Below, in pieces: positions 37,083 to 50,638 of a DNA stretch of 64,000 nucleotides. The position numbers and the translations under genes were made by a program. This DNA is from Psilocybe cubensis (lineage: Eukaryota): positions 2,542,001 through 2,606,000 of the forward strand of contig CM039000.1 in assembly GCA_017499595.2 (NCBI GenBank), in the 5' to 3' direction. The first letter of the stretch is position 1. Each line of letters begins with the position of its first letter. The notes under the pieces are model-generated. The model did not search any database. It was not told where the DNA came from and was given only the letters and a program-made list of their open reading frames with translations.

Positions 37083-37293
37083 GACCTGGAAGATAGGCGC
37101 TGGGCGACGGGTGGCCGCCTGAATGGTTACTGGAAGTCGGGACAGAGAGCAGTGATCCAAATTTCTGACTGGAGTAGAGGCACAACACGCCCTCAACACG
37201 AGGCAGCGGCGTGCTCTCGGCAATTTCCGTTGCCTTCCCTCATGACCGACGCAGATCCATCGTCTCCCAAACATTGGCAAATATTCGAGATAG

Positions 37294-37300
37294 TATAAAT
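37294..37300 (+). promoter_or_regulatory. TATA box of the metallothionein gene
   Basis: TATAAAT about 70 nt upstream of the ATG at 37369. Confidence 0.55.
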
Positions 37301-37368
37301 TCTCCTCCGTATCTCACTAGATAAAATAACAACTTGTTCTATCCCAACCACAACCTCCCATTCGAATA

Positions 37369-37589
37369 ATGTTCGCTGTGAGCGTCCCCATCGTCCCCTT
37401 GCTAGTTCCTCGCTCATCTCGTTTTGTCCCACAGATCACCAACGCCCCCGTCAACAACAACGGCTGCGGAAGCAACTCCTGCGGCTGTGGTGCAAGGTGA
37501 GAGACTCCCTCCAGACCTCGTTTGAATTGCTTCCTCAACGTCGTTCGTCTGATAGCTGCGCCTGCAAGCCTGGAGAATGCAAATGCTGA
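37369..37589 (+). CDS. Metallothionein, 34 aa, 3 exons (not in ORF track)
   Basis: Exons 37369-37377, 37435-37496, 37556-37589 give MFAITNAPVNNNGCGSNSCGCGASCACKPGECKC; 7 Cys with CxC motifs typical of basidiomycete MTs. Confidence 0.93.
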
Positions 37590-37682
37590 ACGCAGCATCT
37601 CTCCCTGACAATCGAAATACGGTCTTGAATCCGTGTGGTACAATATAATAAGCAGCTTGTAAATCAAATTATATAAATACAT

Positions 37683-39131
37683 CTATTGTTTCGAGCGTGT
37701 CCCATCGTCGTCCAGTTCGTGAGCTTGTTTAGCAGATTCAACGTTTCAGTCGGGGACGCCACAGACAGATTGCGGGATGGCTCTTACCAAGATCACGGTA
37801 TCGCCTACGTCGCGCCGGATCCAACTGTTCTAGGCGGTGTAACAGGGATTTGACATCACTTATTAACGGCCCAGCTTCGGCCCCGGAGACCCAGTTCTTC
37901 AGCAGTAGACGCTTATAGTGGACAATGGATTCCAAGCACCCTAATCACAATCACTCATCATATATAAATTGGTAGCTTGTGAAAGGCTTACATTTACTGT
38001 CCGGTTGTTCATCTAGCAATTCCTGTATAGCAGCTATTTCGCGATTTAGTAGCTCTTTGCTGCCATCTATATCGAATGGTTTGGTCTAATTCTCATAGCT
38101 GAAGATAAATCAAGTCTTACCTGTGCCTACTAGCCAACGGTGGTACATCCAAACACTTTGGTCATTTGGATCAGTGTACATCGCATTCCTGAGCAATTCG
38201 AATTCTTGGACATGTTTAGACACTGCATCAAGATCGAACTCATACATACCTTGCTCCCTGGATTTCTCTTCGTTCAGCTTTCCTTGCCCCCACAAGGAAG
38301 CAAGGGTTTTGGACCTTTGATGCCAAGCAGAAAAGTTTGAGAAATTGGCGCCAATCTTGCGTGAAGTATAGACAAGTTCCGCAGACTCGGGCCGTGGTAC
38401 TGGCATACTGGCCAGAACATATCTCCTATAGTCCCATGCAAGAACTAGACCAACGTATTTAGTCATATTGAGGGGCATAGTGGCAAAGCCTCTTACAATT
38501 TCTCGGATCAGCATCAAGCATCTTTTCAACGACAAAGAGCTCTCTATCCCAAGCCTTCTGCTTCCAGCCAAAGATGGTTTCAGCATCTTGACCAGGACCT
38601 TCAGGTATATGCTCCAGACACCACATACGATGATTCCATATCCAATAGACTTTGGGGTGTGTTTTCAATGCAGACATGGTCATTGCCAATTCATTTATAA
38701 GTATATCGTTGATAGTTTCTGGATTGCTGTCTCAAATCGGTCAAACACGAGACACAGACTGAAAGAGGCCTAGGGTACCTGTTCACAAAGAGCCCATTGA
38801 CGAGAATGTCGCGCCGGTAGTTCCAGATGGTGTAAAATTCTGGATTGACTTGAAGCAGCCGTGTGGTTAGATCAAACGCGTCCCGAGACCAGTCATGTTC
38901 CCTCTTCTATATAAATTGGGAGGATATTCATGTGGTACAATGGCTAAGCGTGTGGAGTCCTCGTACCTTTGATAAGACTTCATTTGACAGTTTGGTAAAC
39001 TCCTCTATCTTGGACTGCTCACGGCGCTTTCTGGCCTCTTTCTCTTCATTAGTCAGGCGTGTATATTTAACACCGTGCTTTAGAGGCAATCAGAGGCACA
39101 AAATCAGGGTAAGTCGGTCATAACGTACCAT
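37683..39131 (-). CDS. BET4: Rab geranylgeranyltransferase alpha subunit
   Basis: M|HGVK start; PPTA repeats NPEFYTIWNYRR, PKVYWIWNHR, NFSNFSAWHQR, DPNDQSVWMYHRWL; LDPARRRRY. Confidence 0.93.
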
Positions 39132-39328
39132 GCTAATCCCTGAGTATCGGTTTCAAGTGTCGACCTGGTTGCGGTTGCTGCCAAATTAGGGGTCAAGCTT
39201 CAGGCTCACAAAGTCCATGCCGAATACATACTTTGTTGTCGTTTGTTTGCCATTCTGCACGACATAACTCAACAAAGAGTCTGAGCACGGTCACAGCTCT
39301 GACCAATTAGTCCTTGTATTTCTCCAAA

Positions 39329-42300
39329 ATGCCTTCCGTGGCGCAGAAAAAGACCTCATTTGAGGAACTTTCTGCCTATTTTCCCTTGACATTTCCTACC
39401 CCGTCACCTACAACCCATCCCGACCTCATTTCAACACAAGACCTCCATCGAGAAGAAGATTTGTTACGAAATCCAGATTCGTTTCGAGCATGGTGGTCAG
39501 CTATCAATGGCATGCGCGAGAACTACACAGCACTGCAGAAAACAGAGGCGAATATGTCGAAGTTTCCTGAAAACGTCCTTACCGTTCTTGGACCTCTCAC
39601 AACACCCCTCGCGCGTCAGACACTTCAGCGTTTGACATATACGTACGAAGCAGCACTAATACAATTTCCGAACTCTTTTAAACTATGGAAATCATATCTT
39701 AATATGCGCATGTCTTTTGTACTAGGGAAACCTGTCGTCAAGAAAAAGGCTGGGGGTAAGAAAAAGTTCCCCGAGATGAAGGACGCTTTGGAGGAAGCTG
39801 CTGAGGACTTGCAGGAGTGGGAGTCCTCTTTAGACCCTATTGTTGGATGGGAGGAGTGGAAAGCTCTCATCGCTACTTTTGAACGCTCTCTAATGTGGCT
39901 GCCCAAGGTACGCCGCTAACCATATTTTAAGCCAGTTCGTGTATCTAACTAATCAAACAAGCTTCCGCGTTTATGGCTCATGTACATCTCAATATTCTAT
40001 CACCCCCGATGTCCTTCAATCCTATCATACACCCATGCTCGAAGAACGTTCGATCGCGCTTTGAGGACGCTCCCTCCTTCACTTCACGCACGCATATGGA
40101 CCCAGTATCTTTTATGGGCAGAAAAGAAAGGTGGCGAAGTGACGGTTGTGGTGTACAGACGCTACCTCACAGTGGATCCTTCACTGACCGAACGTTTTAC
40201 GGGTTTGTTGTTATCACCTGCTAATTCTGCACCTCGTCCTTTGGAAGCCGCGAAACTGCTCCTCTCCTTAGCTAGAAAGGCTGCCAGAGGAGAGTATATT
40301 AGCCCGGAAGGCAAGAGCCCGTACCAGCTCTTGGAAGATTGGATAAATGTCGTTGAAAATTTCTCTGAAGAGGTTGGCTTGGATGTTGATGACACTGACG
40401 ACTCCAATAAAGCGGTAGCTGAGGCTGAGGTTGCAGAAATCGAAGCATCGAAAACAGATTCGTCAACGCCTTCTGCTGCTTCCACATCTGGGCCACTCAT
40501 CCGTATGGCAGGTCCTGCTATTCCTGTGACAGCTGATGGAAAGCCGACTGCACCTTATTCTGAAGACGAAGACCCTGCCAGTCCACGGAAACTCAACATT
40601 GAGCATATCATCCGAAAGGATGGCTTGGCTGTATACAAAGATCAAGCTGGACGTTTATGGACTGGTCTGGCCACCTATTGGATTAGACGTGCTGAATTAG
40701 ACCGGGCCAGGGATATATTTGAACAGGGCATGAAGAATGTTTTAACCAGCCGCGACTTCACGCAAATCTTTGACAATTACGCAGAATTCCTAGAAGCTAT
40801 CCTCGATAATATCATCAAAAGCCAGGAAGTTGGTGAAATCGATGAAGAAGACACTGAGGATGTGGACGCAGAGATGGATCGACGAATGAAGGAACTTGAC
40901 GATTTGACAGATCGCCGACCTTTCCTATATAACGATGTCATGATCCGCAGAAATCCCAATGATGTGCAAGAATGGGAAAAACGAGTGGCTTTATGGGGAG
41001 AAAATGATGAAGAGGTAACGTACATTCTCCCAATCCCTTTTCTGCTTTAAGCTGTTAACCCGACGCATGCAAATTCAAGGTGATCAAAACCTACACCAAG
41101 GCTCTTGAAACTATCAACCCTCGAAAAGCAACTTCTAACCTTCACCGATTATACATTCATTTTGCCAAATTTTATGAGGAGGGCGGCGCATCTGGCGAAG
41201 CCGAACCAGATCTTAATAGTGCACGCAAGATTTTGGAGAAGGCAACCAAGGTTAACTTCAAACTCGTTGAAGATTTGGCCGAGATATGGTGTGAGTGGTC
41301 GGAGATGGAATTGCGCCATGAGTGAGTTTTATTTTATAGATTGACCATTCTTGACCATGTTTAATTTGGCGCTCAGAAACTATGATGAAGCAATTCGCGT
41401 TATGCAAAGGGCCACCGCCATCCCTAAGAATGTTAAAATCAATTATCATGATCACGTTCGTCCTTTTATGCACCTTCACCTAAACAACGGTTGTTAACGG
41501 TGCATTGTTTTAGTCACTTTCGGCGCAAGCACGTCTATTCAAATCATTGAAACTTTGGTCGTTTTATGTAGATCTTGAAGAATCATATGGTACTATTCAA
41601 ACGACGAAAGCTGCTTACGATAAGATACTGGAGCTACGTATTGCAAACGCGCAGATCATTGTCAACTACGCAGCATTTCTGGAGGACAATGAATACTTTG
41701 AGGACAGCTTCAAGGTAAGCAAGTTTGTTCTCCATAGTGCTGTTATGCTGATCACATTTCCAGGTCTATGAGCGTGGTGTTGAACTTTTTACGTTCCCTG
41801 TCTCGTTCGAAATTTGGAATATCTATCTTTCCAAATTTGTTAAGAGATACGTATGTTATGCTTTTATATTGTGTGGTATCTTCAATTATTAACCCTTAAT
41901 GTAGGGCGGAACTAAACTAGAACGAGCCCGCGATCTCTTTGAACAAGCTCTGGAGAAATGCCCTCCGAAATCATGCAAACCCCTCTTCCTCATGTATGCA
42001 CAGTTGGAAGAAGATTTCGGTCTTGCTAAGCGTTCTATGTCAATTTATGAACGAGCTACCCAAGCTGTCGCTGATGAAGATAAATTTGAGGTACGATTTA
42101 CAACATGTTGGGTGGTTTTCAATAATTTTCAACTTCCATTCTCCCTAGATGTTCTCTATCTACATCGCAAAGGCAACTGCCAACTTTGGCCTTCCCGCCA
42201 CTAGACCAATCTACGAGAGGGCATTGGAAGGTATGTTTATATGTAGCATTCGATCAAGATACACCTTGACCAACAACTCACAGTACTTCCTGACCGGCAA

Positions 42301-42762
42301 ACTGCCGAAATGTGCCTGCGCTTCGCTGCCCTCGAGCGCAAGCTTGGCGAAATCGACAGGGCGCGTGCCATTTATGCGCACGCCTCCCAATTCTGCGATC
42401 CTCGTGTCAACCCACATTTTTGGAGCGAGTGGAATACCTTCGAGATCGAGACCGGATCGGAAGATACTTTCAGAGAGATGTTGCGCATCAAGCGCAGTGT
42501 CCAGGCTCAGTTCAATACGGAGGCGAGCTACCTGTCAGCACAAACCATCGGCGCCAGAAGCGGTGCAAAAAACACAGAGGAAAGCGGCGCCTCTCAGGAC
42601 GCTATGGCGGCTGCCGATAAACAGGCACGCAACGGCCCAGCCTTCGTTGCTGCTAAGAAGTCGGTCGCCGTCCCGGAGGAAGGTGCGGAGTCTGCACCTG
42701 CTCCCGCTCCTCAGGCGAAAAACGACGAGGAGATCCAAATTTCTGACGACGAGGATATATAG
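39329..42762 (+). CDS. SYF1: Pre-mRNA splicing factor Syf1/XAB2 (HAT repeats)
   Basis: [51 protein letters not shown]. Confidence 0.95.
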
Positions 42763-42825
42763 ACCGGAGACGAGGAGTGCTTTTATGTGTAACATTATTT
42801 CTTTGCGTTGTAACTTTATATACCA

Positions 42826-43691
42826 TCAAGCACCACCCCAACGCTCTACTTCTGCTTCGCAGATATCCTCCCAAACTGCCTCCCATCCAGCACCCTCTAG
42901 CCATGGTTGCTCCACCCATTTATTGACAATCTCGCGCGATACTTCAAACGGCGTAGAGTGTTTTCGGAGGGAATCGACTAATTGGGTGTGTAACGCTAAT
43001 GATCGATGGTACGGCTTAAGTATCTCTGGAACGCGGGTGACTAGAATAGGATTTTACTGAGTTTTCAGAATCGTCAGTCAAGCCATGGATCTTACCAAAC
43101 GCTTCCAACGGCCATGTAACCCATAATGGTGTTTCTTGTACCCATTGCCACCCTTTTACTTTGTGGGCGTCTATCAATACTAATTCCAAGTTTTCGATGA
43201 TACTATTCATCCTTTGGAATTGTTTTTGCTGAAAATGGAGAAAAGATTTAGACGAAATGGTTGAGAGATATGCAAGGCATCATTTACCAGCTTGGCGAGG
43301 ACAGCGTCTAGTCTTGCGATACATTCGTCCATTATTATCAACTTGGGCCCAACCAGATGAGTGTTCGGTCGTCTATCTGGAACTAACTTCAAGGCATTAC
43401 TGGCAAGGTTATTGACAGTGATAAAGGCCGTGGTCAAGAAGTAGACGCATACTCTAAGTCTGTTCTCGTATCTACAAGCTGGCGGGCGGCCTTCAAACCA
43501 TCTATGAGAACTAAATCATCCCAAGTTTCTGTCACTGATCGAAGCTCTTGCAACAAAGTCCTTGTTTTTCGATGGTATGTTGACTCGGTGTAGCGCGACG
43601 GCGATGAAGGAGAATTTGGCTGTTGTTGACGAAGAGCTGGGGAAGTGGTAGGTGTTGACGGACCCCGGAAAGATGCAAGCCTACTGCTCAT
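42826..43691 (-). CDS. Conserved hypothetical helical protein, possibly CINP-like
   Basis: ATG at 43691; four exons join in frame; PLWVTWPLEAF and KWVEQPWLE motifs; stop at 42826. Confidence 0.7.
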
Positions 43692-43848
43692 TACAAAATT
43701 CGTTGAACAAGTTAATCGAGCGACACACTAGCGGCGGCTAATCAAAAGGTGTTGATTCTTGTTTGGAATGAAAGGCTATCTTGGTACATCTGCCAAAAAT
43801 ATCTTTTTCGTTCCGCATAAATCTTCGAGGACAGTCCCCACATGAACC

Positions 43849-45320
43849 ATGGCTCGTAAACGCAAAAACAGAACCCATCTTAAAGGAGGAGTAACAAAGG
43901 ATGCGTCTGCCAGCAATATCCCAAAATCCATTATCATCAAACATGGACAGGTCGGCCATTCTATTGCCCAGCTTGTGCGAGACATGCGCAAGGTCATGGA
44001 ACCCAACACTGCTTCACGACTCCGGGTCTGTATAGGTTCATTATGAACTTGCTCATAGATTGCTAACTTTTATTTTGCAGGAAAGAAGTAGAAATAAACT
44101 AAAAGACTTCTTGACTATGGGGCCCGCTCTTTCAGTATCCCATCTACTTGCTTTTACATTAACACCTGTAGCCCCGTCCCTGCGCATCGTCAAGTTGTCC
44201 GACGGACCCACGTTTAGTTTCCGCATCGAAAGATATAGTCTGATGAAGGATGTTATAAGCAGTTCACGGAGAGCACGAAGTGTAGGAATGGAATATCTCA
44301 GCCCTCCTCTCGTACGCTCCCTCTCAAATCATTTGCATAAATCCACTGATGAATAGTCTATTATCACTAGCTCGTGCTTGCATCATTTCCGCCACCTTCG
44401 CCGGCAACACCGCCTCATCTTCCTCTTCTCATGAAGTCCTTCCAGTCCTTATTCCCTCCTCTGTCTCCTCACACTCTAAGTCTATCCTCCGCGCGCCGAG
44501 TCGTCCTGATATCTTACAACGCGGAACGCGGCACAGTTGATTTCCGCCATTACATCATCAAAGTCAAGCCTTATGGCGTGTCAAAACGTGTGCGCCGGGT
44601 TCTTGAAGGAGCAGCGTCGTCTGCAAAGAGTTTGTCCGGAGTCCTCGACCTCGGAAACGAAAAAGATGTCGCCGACTTTCTGCTTCGTAAACGAGGAGAA
44701 CCTGGTCCCGAAGGCGGGTATGAGAGCGCTGCTTCATCAGCAGAGAGCACAATGGGAGATGATGCGGACGCTGTTGACCTGGCTGAGGATTACGTTGGCA
44801 GGAACAACCGGAAAGGACAGAGAAGAGCTGTGAGGCTGGATGAAGTGGGCCCTCGAATGGAGTTGCGGTTAATCAAAATTTCAGAAGGTGTTCCAGGGAA
44901 AGAAGGCGCGGTCATGTATCATCATTTTAGTGCGTTCGACTTTTTTGTGCCCATTTTCACACTTGCTGACGATGATGCACAGTTAAAAAATCGAAGAAAG
45001 AGGTCATGCAGCAGAAAGCGGAGCATGCAGCAAAGGCGAAATTGAAGAAGGAAAGGAGAGAGGAACAGGAGCGCAATGTACAGCGCAAGAAAGCAACCAA
45101 GAAGGGACGCGAAGCTGGAGAAGACGACGACGAAGAGGAAGAGGAGGAAGAGGAAGGAGAAGCAAGCGAAGAAGAGAATGAAGATGGACTTGGAGTTTGG
45201 GACGATGAAGAAGATATCAGCGATGATGAAGAGGCAGAAGAGGAAGAGACATCCGCAGCAGAAAGCTCTGATGATGAGCGACCACCCATCAAAAAAGTAA
45301 AGACTAAAGGGAGACGTTAG
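43849..45320 (+). CDS. SSF1: Brix-domain ribosome biogenesis protein Ssf1/Peter Pan
   Basis: MRKVMEPNTASRL, GPTFSFRI, VDFRHY, LDEVGPRMELRLIKISEG; acidic tail. Confidence 0.93.
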
Positions 45321-45405
45321 TCATATCCATAGGTCTGTTCTGCTTCATTATGTACATAATAAAATTCCATAAACATTGATAATGGAGCAAGGCCATGAAA
45401 TACCT

Positions 45406-46132
45406 TCAATTTTTCCAAGGCCATAGGTTTTGTATTCTCATTTTGACACCCTCCCAATTGTCCAGCGCAGGACGGACATCCAAATAGAAGGAAACGTTCT
45501 CTTTAGGCGCCCCGGCACTATGACCTGTGTAAAAGTCGATGATGTATCGCATTTTGGTGCCACATCGGTCAATAACCCAATCATGACGGTCAAAAGGGGC
45601 AGCATATCTGCAATCTGTATCAGCGCCTCTGCATCTTGGCCGAAGCAAAAGAAAGAAGTACAGACCCGAGAAGCGTGTTAAAACGGGCTTTGGGACTCAT
45701 TTCGCGTGGTTTCCCCTTGAAATTTACTAGTTTCACTCCGCCGCATGCTTCCCCGCCCCTTCCTTCCTCCCATTTCAGGACCTCACTCCAGGCCCGCTCG
45801 TTGACAGCGTTGTGGATGGGAACTATTGTTTTCATATCCGCGGCCTGAGGATTGTGGTTCTTACGCGCCATGGCAGCAAAGAATTGCTCTTCCGACGGAT
45901 AGACCCATTTCTCATTCCCAGTTTTTGGTATCGAGGAGATTTCGCGTTCTCGGGATAGAGCAGCGGAAGGAGTAGGAGAACTGCCAGAAGACATGAACCG
46001 ACTCCATGTCGACTGTGCGGTGTGGTCAACTGGGCAAGCTTGGGAGCTTACGGGCGCTGATGTTGACGGTGGCGACGAGAAGGATGAGTGGTCGACTGGA
46101 CATTTATCGGGGGTTGAGGCAGGGGTTGACAT
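45406..46132 (-). CDS. Holocytochrome c/c1 synthase (heme lyase), likely c1-type
   Basis: Two CPVDH heme-regulatory motifs, WVYPSEEQFF, IHNAVNERAW, PFDRHDW, YIIDFY, LDVRPA. Confidence 0.92.
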
Positions 46133-46351
46133 GGTCGACAAATGACTTTATTTTCAGAGCCAACCGATGACCAGCGCCAAACTCGGCTTGCCGATTACGT
46201 AATAGGATCACATTAATATGGCCTTGGGTGTCCAAGTGATCTCTTTCTCTCCCACATACCGGCAACTGTCAGATATCCAACCCGATATGTGGGGTACTAT
46301 AAATCCCCTGAGATCCCCTCACATCCGAGTTGTCAACATTTTATCTTCCCA

Positions 46352-47930
46352 ATGCCCTCTTCCGCCCCCGTCTTCTCCACACCTCTTACGCGATTGTTCA
46401 AGATCAACCACCCCGTCATGCTGGCTGGGTATGTTCATGTCTGCTGAGTCCGTCTCATTGCATGCTCATCTGTCCATAGCATGAATGTTGCTGCTGGTCC
46501 CAAGCTGGCAGCAGCTGTTACTAATGCTGGTAAGTTTATAGCATTTCTTGTACGCCCTCATATTTATGAACGTTGATAGGTGGGATTGGTGTAATTGGCG
46601 GTGTTCGCCAAAGTCCCAAATTTCTGCAAGGCTCAATCAACGAGCTCAAGAGCCACCTGGAGAATAAAAATGCTCCCTTTGGCGTCGACCTGTTGATTCC
46701 GCAAGTCGGTGGGAGTGCTCGCAAGACCAATGTACGTCCTATATCTCCTCATATGACTAGATGTAACACCAACTCCAGATGGACTATACCGGCGGCCAAC
46801 TTCCCGAACTTATTGATGTTATTATTGAAGGAGGTGCCTCCTTGTTCGTCTGTGCTGTCGGTGTTCCTCCCAAATGGGCCGTGGACAAGTTGCATGCTGC
46901 CGGTATCCCCGTGATGAAGTGCGTCCTTCTATTACCAGTGAAATATAATAGTTAACGATGTTTCGTTAGTATGATTGGCCACCCAAAAGTACTTTATTTT
47001 ACATCCATTAATGCCATATACTCATTGTTTTTACCTCTAGCATGTAGCTAAAGCACTTGCTCAGGGTAAACATATATGGTTCAGTGTAAAATACGCTCGC
47101 TGAACGATTTGTAGGTGTTGATATCATATGTGCCCAAGGTGGCGAAGGTGGTGGTCACACAGGCGACACTGCGTTCTCCATCTTGATTCCCGCGGTCGTT
47201 GACCTTTGCAAAAACGCAAAGAGTCCATTGACAGGCGAGCCTATTCTCGTGGTCGCGGCAGGAGGTATTTCAGACGGTCGGGGCTTGGCCGCTGCTCTTT
47301 CGTAAGTATCTGATTATGGAATTCGCATTGATTAACTAAAAAAACGATTCAGATATGGGGCGTCGGGTGTTTGGGTTGGCACCCGTTTTGTCGCTAGCGT
47401 GGAAGCAGGCGCACCGAAGACTCACAAGGAAATGGTAGTTTCCGCAGGATACGATGATGTCGTACGCACATTAATCTATTCTGGCCGGCCTATGAGTGTC
47501 CGCAGAACGCCTTATGTGGATGAATGGTAAAGATTGCGACACCCTAATTTTTAGATATACTTTAATGAATGTATTCTCACAGGGAAACGAAGCGAAGTCA
47601 AGAAATCCAAACGTTGGTTTCCGAAGGAAAAGTCCCCCATGAAGTCGAAATGCAAAATCACCCTGAAAGATCTCTGGCAGGCAGATCATGTTTGTACTTC
47701 TGTCTTTATATTACAGTACTGTCATTATTCAATGCTTTTCATAGGGCTAATGGGTCGCGTTGCTGGTTCAATTAAGGATATTAAGCCCGCCAAAGAAATG
47801 CAAGTTACCAACGAAATTTTCTATTCATTCTATTTCTAACTAGATATGTAGTGTTGATGAGCTTGTTCAAACCGCCGCCCAAAGTTTAAACGCCGCTGTA
47901 TCTCTCCAAGTTCCACGGCCGAAGCTTTGA
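46352..47930 (+). CDS. Nitronate monooxygenase / 2-nitropropane dioxygenase family flavoprotein, C-terminal -PKL
   Basis: PFGVDLL, AQGGEGGGHTG, VAAGGISDGRGLAAAL, GASGVWVGTRF; many small exons; ends VPRPKL-TGA. Confidence 0.92.
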
Positions 47931-48168
47931 TTCGTCAAAATGCATTTGGGGTGGCTTCAATATAGTACATCCAAACCAACCTTTCAGATACTCACTACAG
48001 GTATCTTTGTAGTCCCGTTGTGGGGATACACGCACACACCTTGCTGGCTTTACTTTCTTTCTTCTTTGTATCCCCTTTCACCTTGGAAATCTACATATTC
48101 ATTCAATTTACCTAAATCTCATCCGTGACATCCGCTTCACTCGTACCCGAAATCACGGTAATATGGAA

Positions 48169-49863
48169 TCAGTCGTCCATTAATTCCGCAAGCTCCCGTT
48201 CTTCTTCTTCCGTGAGTTCTGAGCTGGAAGCTGGCTTCGGTGTCGGCTCCGCGACTAAATTTTCTGGCGTCTTCTTCGGGGGCGTGGCGGGATGCAACAA
48301 TTCTACAACACTCAAAGTTTAGCTTTCTCAGACACGAAAAAGACGCATAACCTTAAGGCAACAGACCACTCAGTTTCCATCTGCGTATGGTCTTGTCCAG
48401 ACTGGTGCTCAAGATCCACGGTTCGATTCGCGTCTTGCCGTCCTCGCCAATAGTTTTGCGCATCCAGAGCTTAACTGCTGTGATGTCATGCCAATGTGCG
48501 TCAATTTCGCTTATAAGATCTGGCTCGTCGAGCTCAGAGACATCGTATGTTCTGAGGACGTCACCGGCAGCTGTGATCAAGTAGGGCTCTCCAAGATCTG
48601 TCAAGGAAATAGGGAGGATTGTGCGAACGGCGACAGGTTGCATTATTGGTTTGGAGAGCTTCGTCGTTCCATCTGAGGCGTCTTGAGATAATACTCGGAC
48701 AGTGTCGTCCGCGGATGCTAGTATTATAAAAGTCAGCCGAGCAGATAAAGCAAGTCCACGGCCACCAATTAGACTTAGGCTTACCAGTCCAAAGTTGCCC
48801 ATTCTTGTACCAGAGATCATTGATCCTCGTCCTATGGTGATTTATGGTCTGCTTATGTATGGCTTTCCATCTGGAGGGAGACCCAGATTCTCTGATAAGG
48901 TCCCAAGATTTAATTACACCCATTGTGTCTCCGGTATACAGTATAGCAGCGTCGGGCGAAACAACCTCGCCATCCAAACATTCCACTGGGCGTGTATGCG
49001 ATGAGATTGACCCCAAACTTATCAGAGGTTCAGAGCTCGTTGGCTGTGAAATATCCCTGTACACCATTTGTTCGCAATGTCATTTTCGTGATGCTCCAGC
49101 GGTAAAAATACGAAAAAGACGTACCAAAATCGCACTATCTTATCAGAACTCCCTGATACCAACAGATTAAGAGATGAGAACACATGTAAAGTCTTGACAA
49201 AATCTGCGTGCGCATTCGGGGTGGATGATATCTGCCGTTTCGACTGTCATGGCGCCATACAATTGTGATCACCATCATGTTAAAAAAATTCGGGATGTGA
49301 TGAACTGTCACGAAAATGACAAGAGACAAAAAACGTACAACAGTGTCCCATAGCCTGATGGACTGAAAAGCAATTTTCAGTCAAATACCATTTGATCCTG
49401 GAGAAATGACAAGTTACTTTGTCCCAAGAGCCTGTGATGAGAATCTCCCTATCTCCCGAACCTGGGGTTCTGTCGCAAAACGCAAGGCTGGTTACAGGAC
49501 CCGTGTGTCCTTTGAATAGATGTAATGTTTTGCCTGACTGTTGAAGGAGGGTTGTGGTGTCAACGATTCTGTAGTAAGGATGGGTGATGTCCCGTACCTC
49601 TAAATCGAGCAGGCGAGCGACGTTGGTATTTTCCCCGATCCATGCAACGCTGTCTTGAATTTCGATCGCAAGAGCCTTCCCAATGAGTTCAATTGGGTCA
49701 CCAAGGGACTTTGTCCGCTCAGCCTTCTGCTTTCTAGCCTATCATAGAATGGATACAGAGAGATGAAGATGAGATTTCCGGCAGTATCAAACTTGAATGG
49801 TCCATTACACACTTCTTCGATCGCAAGTTGAGCTTCAGTAACGATAAAATTGTCGGTACTCAT
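48169..49863 (-). CDS. WD40-repeat protein
   Basis: GHTGPVT..ITGSWDK, AHADFVK..SGSSDK, HTRPVE, HRTRIND, AHWHDIT..STSLDKTIRRW. Confidence 0.85.
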
Positions 49864-50638
49864 GTTGGATGGGTTGTGAATTTGCAATAGAAGCGATTGA
49901 ATGATCTAATCGCTAATTGAGGTGTTGTGCCACTCTTCAAACTGTTTAATTTGTGATCAGTTATAACGAGAATTCAAGGTCCCGAAACACGAGTCAATCA
50001 AATTTCGGAAGAGAATTGCTATTTTATGACTCCTTTGCTTTTAAAAGTCGGCCGGAACAATGCAAAACACCATGAATGTACCAATTAGAGGGTTTAAAAG
50101 GAAATAGTTTATTGAGAACTGGTCTAAAAGGAGTATACTATCCGTAGAGGAAAAGTTGTGGGTAGGCGGTGGGGCAATAAGAATACATGGGGCTAAACAA
50201 ATAGCGATTGCGGAGGAGACAAAAAAGGAGAGACGAAATAACGAAGATATCAGTGAGGCTACATCGGGCTAAACGCTGTGCGTAGTAAAAAAACAAGACA
50301 AGAAAGACGACTTGGAGGCCAAGCAAGAAAAGATACACTGTGCGGTAATAGGTTCGGAAATCAAGACAATATAGTGTCCGATAAAACCAAAAAGGATACA
50401 TAGGCCCAGAGCTAGAATCTGGAAAGGTGTGTATTAGGGTGAAGAAGATGGAAGGCTGAGACTCAAGATGCGATGGTGATACAGTTTCTGGGGATATAGA
50501 TCGATGCTACTTGGAGAGCAGATTAGAAATCCAGTAGTGAGACTGTTAGGGCTAATGCCAGAAAAGAAGCAGAAATAGAGAACGAATGTGGTAGTTGAAG
50601 CAGAATAGATCAACAAGGAAGGAATGTGGGGCGTCCTT

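Noticed and set aside
45121-45280. GAR/GAY-rich repetitive tract
   Set aside because: It encodes the acidic tail of Ssf1; not an independent repeat.
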